Below the pieces are notes generated by a model. The model searched no databases, had not been told where the DNA came from, and worked only from the letters and a program-made list of their open reading frames with translations. A stretch of DNA of 64,000 bases from Alphaproteobacteria bacterium (GTDB lineage: Bacteria; Pseudomonadota; Alphaproteobacteria; SP197): positions 4,096,001-4,160,000 of the forward strand of contig OZ245842.1 of NCBI GenBank assembly GCA_965228895.1. Direction: 5' to 3'. Below, piece after piece: positions 19,857 to 27,976 of the stretch. Within the stretch, counting starts at the first letter, position 1; the number at the start of each line of letters is the position of its first letter. The position numbers and the translations under genes were made by a program.

Positions 19857-20200
19857 CTGACGTTGACCAAGGCCGACACGACCACCCTCCCCAAATGCAA
19901 CACGGCGAACCTAGATCAGAACCTGGGGTGAAGATGTGCTCACCGTCAACGATGACGCCAATTCGCCAGAGATGGAGCGGGATGCCAGCTTCCAGGTTTC
20001 AGCCTGTCGCACCCCCACGATCTCCCTAGCGTCCTGATGAAATCGCAACCCCCGACCTACCTGGGTCATGCGAACACATTCGCCGAAGGGCAGCAAGGGC
20101 CGATCCGCTCACGAGGCCCTCCGGTCTGGCTTAACTGCCTGATGCCAGCCAATTGAACCGCGTGGTCACAGACCGGCCAACAGGAACCGGCAGGCGACCC

Positions 20201-21520
20201 TTACGCCAACTGATCGGCCACGGCCGTTGCCGTCTCCATACCGGAGTTCAGGGCGCCCGCCGCCGTCGCCCAAAGCAGCCTGTCGCACGCCTCACCAGCA
20301 AAATAGACGCGGTCGCCGACGGGCCGGCGTAACGTGTCGCGCATGTGGTAGTAGCCGGGATCGGCGGAAGCGTAGGAGCCCAGGGTCCACGGGTCCTTGT
20401 CCCACATGGTGTAGTTGCCTTTGACAAACGCTTTCTCGATGTCGTTGCCGATATGCTGTTTGAGCTTTTCCAGACCAAACGCGATCGCCGCGTCGTTGCC
20501 TTCGGCAATCAACTGCCGGCCGAAAGAACCGCCGACAAAACCAAAATTCAGATGCGTTCCCGAGATGTTGGTGAGGAAACCCACCGCATCGGTCGTGTCG
20601 GGTTTGTATTCCCAGTACGTGTCGTCACCCAGCCCGAAGATGTCCTCGGAAAACTGCAACGCGATGTGGTTATAGGTTCCCATCGAAATACGTTGAAACG
20701 ATTCCCGTTTGTCTTCCGGCAGCGCAGGCGTGAAGCGGATAATGTCGGCGCCCAGAACACCGGTCGACACGGTGACAATGACGGCCTTGGTTTGAATCGT
20801 CCCAGCGGCGGTTTCCACGGTCACACCATTGCCGCTCCAGTCGATGGCGACAACCGGCGTATCAAGCTGCACCGGCAGATCCTGACCGTAATGAGCGACA
20901 AGCGCACCGAAACCTTGTTTGCAGAACCAGTTCTCCGAACCCGCTTCGCCGTTCCAGTAGTCCAGCGTCGAAATGCCGTCGAGGTCCTTCCCCATATTCC
21001 AGCCGCCGATGTAACAGGCGACGAGTGGCGCCCACGGCCCGTCGCTCGGGACGACTGACGCGGCATCGACGTCGCGGCCTTCTCGGCCGGCATCGTAGAT
21101 TGCGTTGATGGTAGCCTCGTACTGCTGTCCGACGGCTGCGTAGTCGGCATCGGACAGTTCGACCGTGCCGTCGACCGTCACGCCGCCGCCGGGCGCCGGA
21201 TAGACATCGAAACCGTTTTCCTCGCCATAACCGACAAACGGGTTCATGTAGGCGTTGTGCAGCCAGTGACAGCCCTGATCGTAAGGCACGCCGAAGGTCT
21301 CTGACTCGGTATAGGCGCGCCCGCCAATGCGGTCGCGTGCTTCCAGGACAACGACCGTCAACCCACGATCGAGCAAGGTACGCGCCGCCGCCAGCCCGGC
21401 GGCACCCGCACCGACCACGACGACATCGGGATTCGTTGGCGGCTGCGCAAAGGCCGGCGTTGCAGCGACGGATGCAAGGCCGCCCAGAACGGTGCGGCGT
21501 GATAGTCGAAGGCTGGTCAC
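20201..21520 (-). CDS. Tat-exported flavin monoamine oxidase family protein
   Basis: SRRTVL Tat motif with AFA cleavage site, VVVVGAGAAG, LEARDRIGGR, FAGEA; GTG start after GGAG. Confidence 0.88.
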   Translation of the reverse strand: MTSLRLSRRTVLGGLASVAATPAFAQPPTNPDVVVVGAGAAGLAAARTLLDRGLTVVVLEARDRIGGRAYTESETFGVPYDQGCHWLHNAYMNPFVGYGEENGFDVYPAPGGGVTVDGTVELSDADYAAVGQQYEATINAIYDAGREGRDVDAASVVPSDGPWAPLVACYIGGWNMGKDLDGISTLDYWNGEAGSENWFCKQGFGALVAHYGQDLPVQLDTPVVAIDWSGNGVTVETAAGTIQTKAVIVTVSTGVLGADIIRFTPALPEDKRESFQRISMGTYNHIALQFSEDIFGLGDDTYWEYKPDTTDAVGFLTNISGTHLNFGFVGGSFGRQLIAEGNDAAIAFGLEKLKQHIGNDIEKAFVKGNYTMWDKDPWTLGSYASADPGYYHMRDTLRRPVGDRVYFAGEACDRLLWATAAGALNSGMETATAVADQLA

Positions 21521-21667
21521 GGTGTTGTCTCCACGTCGGTCGTCGACATGCTTGTCGGCGCAGCCCCAGGTTGCACGCCTTCCTCTACGGTGTCGAGGCC
21601 GGACTTTGGGCGCCTCACCCTGCGTAGTAATGTGGGCGTCGTTGGCTCGGTTGATCGGAGTGCGGCA

Positions 21668-22312
21668 ATGTACCTGCAAGCGGCGTTTCGCGAGGAAGAC
21701 TTGGCGACCATGCACGCGGCCATGCGCGCGACCAACCTGATGACCCTGGTGACCCAAGGCGCCGACGGTTTGCAGGCGAGCCACGTTCCCGTCTTGCTCG
21801 ATGAAACCAACGGTCTCAACGGCACGATTACCGGCCACCTGTCGCGCGCCAACGAGCAGTGGCAAAAGACCGACACCAGCCTGCCGGCGCTGGCGATGTT
21901 CCGGGGACCGGACGCCTATATCAGCCCGTCGTGGTACGCGACAAAACGCGAGCACGGCAAGGTCGTGCCGACCTGGAACTATGTCGCCGTGCACGCCCAC
22001 GGCCCCATCAAGTTCTTTGACGACCGCGAACAACTGCGCGGTATCGTCACGGGGCTGACCGATCGCCACGAAGCCGGCCGCGCCGAACCGTGGGCCGTCG
22101 CCGACGCGCCCGACGATTACGTCGAGGCCATGCTGAAAGGCATCATCGGATTCGAACTCGTCATCGACCGCCTGGAAGGCAAGTGGAAGATGAGTCAAAA
22201 CCGCGGCGAAGCCGATCGCCGCGGCGTTGTCGACGGTCTGAATGCCACAAAGACGCCCGACGAAGACGCGGTGGCCTCCATCATGGATCGGCAGTTGACG
22301 GATCCCAGCTAA
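21668..22312 (+). CDS. paiB: FMN-binding negative transcriptional regulator (PaiB family)
   Basis: GHLSRANEQW, AYISPSWY, VPTWNYVAVH, GKWKMSQNR. Confidence 0.88.
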   Translation: MYLQAAFREEDLATMHAAMRATNLMTLVTQGADGLQASHVPVLLDETNGLNGTITGHLSRANEQWQKTDTSLPALAMFRGPDAYISPSWYATKREHGKVVPTWNYVAVHAHGPIKFFDDREQLRGIVTGLTDRHEAGRAEPWAVADAPDDYVEAMLKGIIGFELVIDRLEGKWKMSQNRGEADRRGVVDGLNATKTPDEDAVASIMDRQLTDPS

Positions 22313-22453
22313 GGCACAGGTGCTATCGCGCCATCGTGCGGCAGTACGCCCTACCCCTATGCACACTTGGCCGGACAGTAAGGCTGTCTAGAATAGTGGC
22401 CGCGATTCGCCTGAAACGGCGGCGCGGTAAGATTACCGAAGGGGGACGGTGCC

Positions 22454-25189
22454 TTGCGACGTTTCGTACAATCCTTGATTCTTGTCATTGGTTTGATTGG
22501 CCTGCCGATCACCACACATGCGGCCGACGATACGGTCGCCGTCGTCCTGGATTTCTCCAACAGCATGTGGGGACAGGTCGACGAGGTCGCCAAGATCGAG
22601 ATCGCACGCGACGTCTTCGCCGATATGTTGCAGAACTGGGACGCGACCCGTCCCCTGGGTGTCGTCGCCTACGGCCATCGTAGCAAGGACGACTGCGCGG
22701 ATATCGAGGTCATCCAGCCGGTCGGACCGGTCGACGCAGACGCGCTGATCGCCGAGATCGGGGATCTACGCCCGACCGGCAAGACACCGCTGACGGAAGC
22801 GGTACGCCAGGCCGCCGACCTCTTACGCTACCGCGACGCACCGGCAACCGTGGTGCTGCTTTCTGACGGCATCGAGACCTGCAACGCGGACCCCTGCGCC
22901 GTTGCCGCGGAACTCGAACGAAGTGGCATCGCGTTTACCGCCCACGTCATCGGATTCGATGTCAGTGAGGAAGATCAGGCCGGGCTGATGTGCATCGCCG
23001 AGGCCACGGGCGGCCGCTACTATACCGCCGCCAACGCCGCCGATCTGGCCGGCGCGCTAACCGCCGCGACCAAGGTCGAAGCCCCGGCGACCTACGAAAC
23101 CAATCTGCGCGCCATCAATGCCATCACGGGCAAGCCAGTGACCGGCAACGTCACGTGGACCATCACCGACAGCGGCGGCAAGACGGTCCCGGCGCCCAGC
23201 AGTGGCGCGGAGATTGTCCTCGATCTGCTGCCCGGTGACTTCAGCGTCTCGGTGGCGACAGATGACGGCGAAGGCAAAGCCGCGTTCACGGTCGCCGAAG
23301 CCGGCAGTACCGTCGACGTACCCGTTGGCTCGACCTTGCCGGAGGCTACTGTCGAGACACAGAAGGAAGCGCCGTCCGGCTCCGACCTCACGGTCGCCTG
23401 GACTGGACCCGACGGCGGCGGAGACTACATCACCATCGTCGAGGTCGGCACGCCGGACGGTGAGTTCGGCAACTACACCTACACCAACCGCGGCAGCCCG
23501 CTGACGGTCACCGCGCCCATTGCACTCGGCGCCTTCGAAGTTCGCTACATGTGGGCCGAAGGCGACCGCACGCTGGCCAGCCAGACGGTTACCCTGACCC
23601 CGATCGAAGCCACACTGGAAGCGCCGCCGGAGATACCGTCCGGCTCCAATGTCGCGGTCACCTGGACCGGGCCCGACTACAACCCGGACTACATCACCAT
23701 CGTCGAAGCGGGCGCGCCCGAAGGCACATTCACCAACTACACCTATACCAATCGCGGCAGTCCACTAACGCTGACCGTCCCCGATGCCTTGGGCGCCTAC
23801 GAGATTCGCTACGTCCTCGGCCAGTCCGACAACACGCTGGCCAGCCTGCCGGTCACGCTGGTGCCGGTCGAGGGCTCGGTCGAAGCGCCGGCCGAGATCC
23901 CGACGGGCTCTCAGTTCGAGGTCACCTGGACCGGCCCGGACAACAATCAGGACTACATCACCATCGTCGAAGCCGGCGCGCCGGAAGGCAGCTACACGAA
24001 CTACACCTACACCAACCGCGGCAGCCCCTTGACCCTGACGGCGCCTGACGGTATCGGCCAATACGAAGTCCGTTACGTCATCAACCAGTCCGACCGCACG
24101 CTCGCCAGTCAGGTGGTGACCGTTGTCGAGAGCAGTGCGACGGTCGAGGCGCCAGCCGAGATTCCATCGGGTTCCGAGTTCGACGTGACCTGGACCGGGC
24201 CGGACAACAACCAGGACTACATCACCATCGTTGAGGCTGGCGCGCCGGAAGGCAGCTACACGACCTACAAGCGCACCAACTGGGGCAACCCCGTCACCCT
24301 GACGGCGCCGGACGGTCTGGGCCAGTACGAGGTTCGCTACGTGCTCAACCAATCCGGCAGGACCTTGGCAAGCCAAACGGTTACCCTGGTACCGGTCGAA
24401 GCGAGCGTGCAGGCGCCCGCCGAGATCCCGGCCGGCGCGACATTTGACGTGACGTGGGTGGGACCGGACAACAACCGCGACTACATCACGATTGTCGAAG
24501 CGGGTGCGCCGGAAGGCAGCTATCTCAACAACAAACGCACCAACCACGGCAGCCCGCTCCCGCTCATCGCACCTGACGCGCTGGGCAACTACGAGGTCCG
24601 CTATGTGCTCGGCGAATCCAACCGCACCATTGCCAGCCAGCCTGTGACGCTGGTGCCGGTCGATGCGACGCTGGAAGTGCTCAACGCGATCGTCCCGGGC
24701 GGCGAGGTTCAGATTGCGTGGACCGGTCCAGGCTACGTCCGCGACTACATCACCATCGTCGAGGCGGGCGCGCCGGAGGGCCACACCCTGGATAACCAGC
24801 GCACCAGTCGCGGCAATCCGATGGTTCTGACGGCACCGGAATCTTTAGGGAATTTCGAAATCCGCTACGTTCTCGGCGATAGCGATCGGACGTTGGCCAG
24901 CCTGCCGATTACCATCGCCCCGGCGTCGGTGACACTCGAGGCGCCGAAGAGCGTCCCGGTCAACAGCGCGTTCGAGGTGACCTGGACCGGACCCGGTAAT
25001 TGGGAGGACTTTATCGAGATCGTGCCGGCGGGCGCCGCCGCCGATGACGCGCCGACCCGCGAGGCCCGGACGTCGCAAGGCAACCCGCTACCGATCTTTG
25101 CCCCGGCCCAGGCCGGCAACTATGAGATCCGCTATATGATGCGCGAAACCGGCGAGATCGCCGCCAGTATCGATCTGGTCGTCGAATAG
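22454..25189 (+). CDS. Secreted von Willebrand factor A domain protein with seven tandem beta-rich repeats
   Basis: Signal peptide; MIDAS DFSNS...T...LSDG; ETCNADPC; repeats WTGP..DYITIV..GAP..YEVRY. Confidence 0.88.
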   Translation: MRRFVQSLILVIGLIGLPITTHAADDTVAVVLDFSNSMWGQVDEVAKIEIARDVFADMLQNWDATRPLGVVAYGHRSKDDCADIEVIQPVGPVDADALIAEIGDLRPTGKTPLTEAVRQAADLLRYRDAPATVVLLSDGIETCNADPCAVAAELERSGIAFTAHVIGFDVSEEDQAGLMCIAEATGGRYYTAANAADLAGALTAATKVEAPATYETNLRAINAITGKPVTGNVTWTITDSGGKTVPAPSSGAEIVLDLLPGDFSVSVATDDGEGKAAFTVAEAGSTVDVPVGSTLPEATVETQKEAPSGSDLTVAWTGPDGGGDYITIVEVGTPDGEFGNYTYTNRGSPLTVTAPIALGAFEVRYMWAEGDRTLASQTVTLTPIEATLEAPPEIPSGSNVAVTWTGPDYNPDYITIVEAGAPEGTFTNYTYTNRGSPLTLTVPDALGAYEIRYVLGQSDNTLASLPVTLVPVEGSVEAPAEIPTGSQFEVTWTGPDNNQDYITIVEAGAPEGSYTNYTYTNRGSPLTLTAPDGIGQYEVRYVINQSDRTLASQVVTVVESSATVEAPAEIPSGSEFDVTWTGPDNNQDYITIVEAGAPEGSYTTYKRTNWGNPVTLTAPDGLGQYEVRYVLNQSGRTLASQTVTLVPVEASVQAPAEIPAGATFDVTWVGPDNNRDYITIVEAGAPEGSYLNNKRTNHGSPLPLIAPDALGNYEVRYVLGESNRTIASQPVTLVPVDATLEVLNAIVPGGEVQIAWTGPGYVRDYITIVEAGAPEGHTLDNQRTSRGNPMVLTAPESLGNFEIRYVLGDSDRTLASLPITIAPASVTLEAPKSVPVNSAFEVTWTGPGNWEDFIEIVPAGAAADDAPTREARTSQGNPLPIFAPAQAGNYEIRYMMRETGEIAASIDLVVE
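23354..25186 (+). repeat. Seven intragenic tandem repeats with 264-nt (88-aa) period
   Basis: GACTACATCAC recurs at 23423, 23687, 23951, 24215, 24479 and 24743; the seventh copy is more diverged. Confidence 0.92.
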
Positions 25190-25315
25190 CCGTCATAGTT
25201 GTGCGCTAGTCTCTCCGCGTGATCGCGCCCGGGTCCCGGTTTTGTGATCGGCACCCGGACAAAGCACCACCATATCGGCCATGTGGGGTCGGGACCGCTG
25301 TGCCCGGGAGAGGTT

Positions 25316-25783
25316 ATGAACCAGCAAGAACGTATGGCGTCGCCGATTGACAACGCCAATGCCATGAAGACGACGCTGCAGAAGCTTTTTCTTGAACCGA
25401 CGAACCATCTTGATCGCGCGGTCGAGGAGCAGAATCTCAACGTCGACTACGCGCGCCGGATCAATGATGTGGTGTTGCGGGCCGCACAATCGCTTACCGC
25501 ACGCCAGGGCATGGTGCTGCGCGAGACCTTTGACGAGCTTTCATCGGTCCTGAAGGACGCCGCAACCAACGGCCAACAGATGGCCTCGGGCGAGGCCCAA
25601 CTGCGTTGCGTCGAACTCTCCGTCGCCCACGGCCTCGAGCAATTGCGCGTCGCGTTTGAGTGGGCGAACGACGTCAACATGTCGTCGTGGGATCTGCTCG
25701 AACAACGGCTGAAACGGTCGCTGGCCGAAGCCCGATCCACCGAGATTGCGCAAGCCGATGAGCGTCCAGCCCTGGAAGGCTGA
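25316..25783 (+). CDS. Hypothetical alpha-helical protein (155 aa)
   Basis: ATG after GGAGAGG; fills the gap between the vWA gene and bdhA; no recognised motif. Confidence 0.6.
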   Translation: MNQQERMASPIDNANAMKTTLQKLFLEPTNHLDRAVEEQNLNVDYARRINDVVLRAAQSLTARQGMVLRETFDELSSVLKDAATNGQQMASGEAQLRCVELSVAHGLEQLRVAFEWANDVNMSSWDLLEQRLKRSLAEARSTEIAQADERPALEG

Positions 25784-25877
25784 CTGACCAACACCTCGGC
25801 CATGGTCAGCCGGCGGCCTTGACCGGCCGCTTCGGCGAACCAACCTTGTCGCCTATGAGATTCAACGAGAGGTCGTC

Positions 25878-26660
25878 ATGACCGAACGCAAGTCCGCGAT
25901 CATCACCGGATCGACCAGCGGCATCGGCCTGGGTATCGCCGAAGCCCTGGCCGGTGCCGGCATAAACATCACCTTGAACGGTTTCGGCGATGCCGCCGAG
26001 ATCGAGTCGACGCGCGCGCAGCTTGAGGCTGACCACGGCATCGAGGCCGCCTATAACGGCGCCGACATGACCAAACCTGATGAGATCGCCGATCTCATCG
26101 CGGCGACCGAGAAACGGTTCGGCGCGGTCGACATCCTCGTCAACAACGCGGGCATTCAGCATGTCGCGCCGATCGAGGACTTCCCGGCCGAGAAGTGGGA
26201 CGCGATCCTGGCGATCAACCTCTCAAGCGCATTTCACACAACGCGTCACGCGGTACCCGGCATGAAACAGCGGCGTTGGGGCCGTATCATCAACCTTGCC
26301 TCGGCCCACGGCCTGGTCGCCTCGCCCTTCAAATCGGCCTATGTCACCGCCAAACACGGTATGATTGGCCTGACCAAAACCGTGGCGCTGGAGACGGCGG
26401 AGTTCGGCATCACCTGCAACGCGATCTGTCCGGGCTACGTGTTGACGCCGTTGGTCGAGAAGCAGATTCCCGACACCGCCAAGGCGCGCGGCATCACGGA
26501 AGAGGAGGTCGTGCGCGACGTCCTGCTGGACGCCCAGGCGACCAAGGAGTTCGTCACGGTCGAACAGTTGGGCGCGCTCGCCGTCTTCTTGTGCACGGAC
26601 GCGGCTGCCCAGATGACCGGCACGGCGCTTCCAGTCGACGGCGGCTGGACCGCCCACTAG
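25878..26660 (+). CDS. bdhA: D-3-hydroxybutyrate dehydrogenase
   Basis: TGSTSGIG, NNAGIQHV, SAHGLVASPFKSAYVTAKHG, VLTPLVEKQI, DGGWTA. Confidence 0.92.
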   Translation: MTERKSAIITGSTSGIGLGIAEALAGAGINITLNGFGDAAEIESTRAQLEADHGIEAAYNGADMTKPDEIADLIAATEKRFGAVDILVNNAGIQHVAPIEDFPAEKWDAILAINLSSAFHTTRHAVPGMKQRRWGRIINLASAHGLVASPFKSAYVTAKHGMIGLTKTVALETAEFGITCNAICPGYVLTPLVEKQIPDTAKARGITEEEVVRDVLLDAQATKEFVTVEQLGALAVFLCTDAAAQMTGTALPVDGGWTAH

Positions 26661-26672
26661 GGCGAGGGAACC

Positions 26673-27773
26673 ATGCCGAAGAAGAAGGACAACACCGCTG
26701 CCACAGCCAAGGCGCCGAAGACGCGCAACGGCAAGACGTTCGACAAGTCGATCAACCTGGCGCTTCAAGGCGGCGGTGCCCACGGCGCGTTCACCTGGGG
26801 TGTGCTGGACCGGCTACTGGAAGACGGCCGGATCTTCATCGAAGCGGTCAGCGGCACATCGGCCGGCGCCATGAACGCGGTCGTCATGGCCGACGGCCTG
26901 ATGCGCGGCGGCGAAGATGGCGCGCGCGAGTCGCTCGAAACATTTTGGCGGTCGATCAGCGCCGTCGGTGCCTTGAGCCCCATCCAACGCGGGCCCATCG
27001 ATGTCTTCATGGGCAAGTGGAGCCTGGACAACAGTCCGAGCTACGCGATGTTCGACCTGATCAACCGGGTGACGTCGCCCTATGATCTCAACCCGCTCAA
27101 CATCAACCCGCTGCAGGCCATTCTGGAAGACGCCGTCGACTTCGATCTCGTCCGCTCATGCGACAAGATGAAGGTGTTGATCTCGGCGACCAACGTCGAA
27201 ACCGGCAAAGTCCGTGTCTTCAACCGCCACGAACTGACCGGCGACATGGTCATGGCGTCGGCCTGCATCCCCTTTATCTTTCAAGCGGTCGAGATCGACG
27301 GCGTGCCCTATTGGGATGGCGGTTACATGGGCAATCCCGTGCTCTTCCCTTTTTATGACGAGAGCACGTCCGACGACATCGTCATCGTCCAGATCAACCC
27401 GGTCGAGCGCAAGGGGACGCCGCGCACATCGCGCGAAATCTTCAACCGCGTCAACGAGATCACCTTCAACAGCAGCCTCTTGAAGGAACTGCGCGCCATC
27501 GATTTCGTGCAGCGCCTGCTCGACGACGGCAAGCTCGACCCCGAGCACTACCGGCGTTTGTTCATCCACGTCATCGACGCGCACGACGAGCTCATGCGGC
27601 TGGGTGCGACATCCAAGCTGAACGCGGAATGGGACTTCCTGCATCACCTGTTCAAGATCGGCCGCCAGACGACAGACCAATGGCTTGAGGCCGCCTACGA
27701 CGATCTGGGTGCCCAGTCGACTGTCGATACCCGCGCCCTGTTTCAAGGTTTGGGCGCCGAGCACCATGGCTGA
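26673..27773 (+). CDS. Patatin-like phospholipase/esterase
   Basis: LQGGGAHG oxyanion hole, GTSAG nucleophile, WDGG catalytic Asp. Confidence 0.92.
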   Translation: MPKKKDNTAATAKAPKTRNGKTFDKSINLALQGGGAHGAFTWGVLDRLLEDGRIFIEAVSGTSAGAMNAVVMADGLMRGGEDGARESLETFWRSISAVGALSPIQRGPIDVFMGKWSLDNSPSYAMFDLINRVTSPYDLNPLNINPLQAILEDAVDFDLVRSCDKMKVLISATNVETGKVRVFNRHELTGDMVMASACIPFIFQAVEIDGVPYWDGGYMGNPVLFPFYDESTSDDIVIVQINPVERKGTPRTSREIFNRVNEITFNSSLLKELRAIDFVQRLLDDGKLDPEHYRRLFIHVIDAHDELMRLGATSKLNAEWDFLHHLFKIGRQTTDQWLEAAYDDLGAQSTVDTRALFQGLGAEHHG

Positions 27774-27787
27774 CTGTCGCCCACGAT

Positions 27788-27952
27788 CTCCCTCTCCCCT
27801 TGAGGGAGAGGGCCGGGGTGAGGGGTCGCGCGCGATAGCGCGCAAGAAGACCTTTATCGTCACCAGCTAGCCATCCCCCTCACCCAGCTTCGGCTAAGGC
27901 ACTGACGCGCCAAAGCCTGCGCAACCCTCTCCCTCGCTGGGGAGAGGGAACC
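27788..27952. repeat. 165-bp palindromic extragenic element, copy A
   Basis: CCCTCTCCCCTTGAGGGAGAGGGCCGGGGTGAGGGG...CCCCTCACCC...CCCTCTCCCTCGCTGGGGAGAGGG; ends shared with 57476-57640; lies between convergent genes. Confidence 0.88.
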
Positions 27953-27976
27953 GAAGTCGAGCGTCAAGCTAGACCG

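Noticed and set aside
19911-20096. 61-aa ORF in the flippase/amine oxidase intergenic region
   Set aside because: Non-ATG start, no RBS or motif; insufficient support
21521-22366. 721-aa amine oxidase fusion
   Set aside because: The extension is antisense to paiB; the Tat signal and RBS define the start at 21520
23354-25186. Regularly spaced repeats as a CRISPR array or DGR target
   Set aside because: The period is 264 nt, in-frame inside one ORF with synonymous variation; there are no unique spacers and no cas or reverse transcriptase genes
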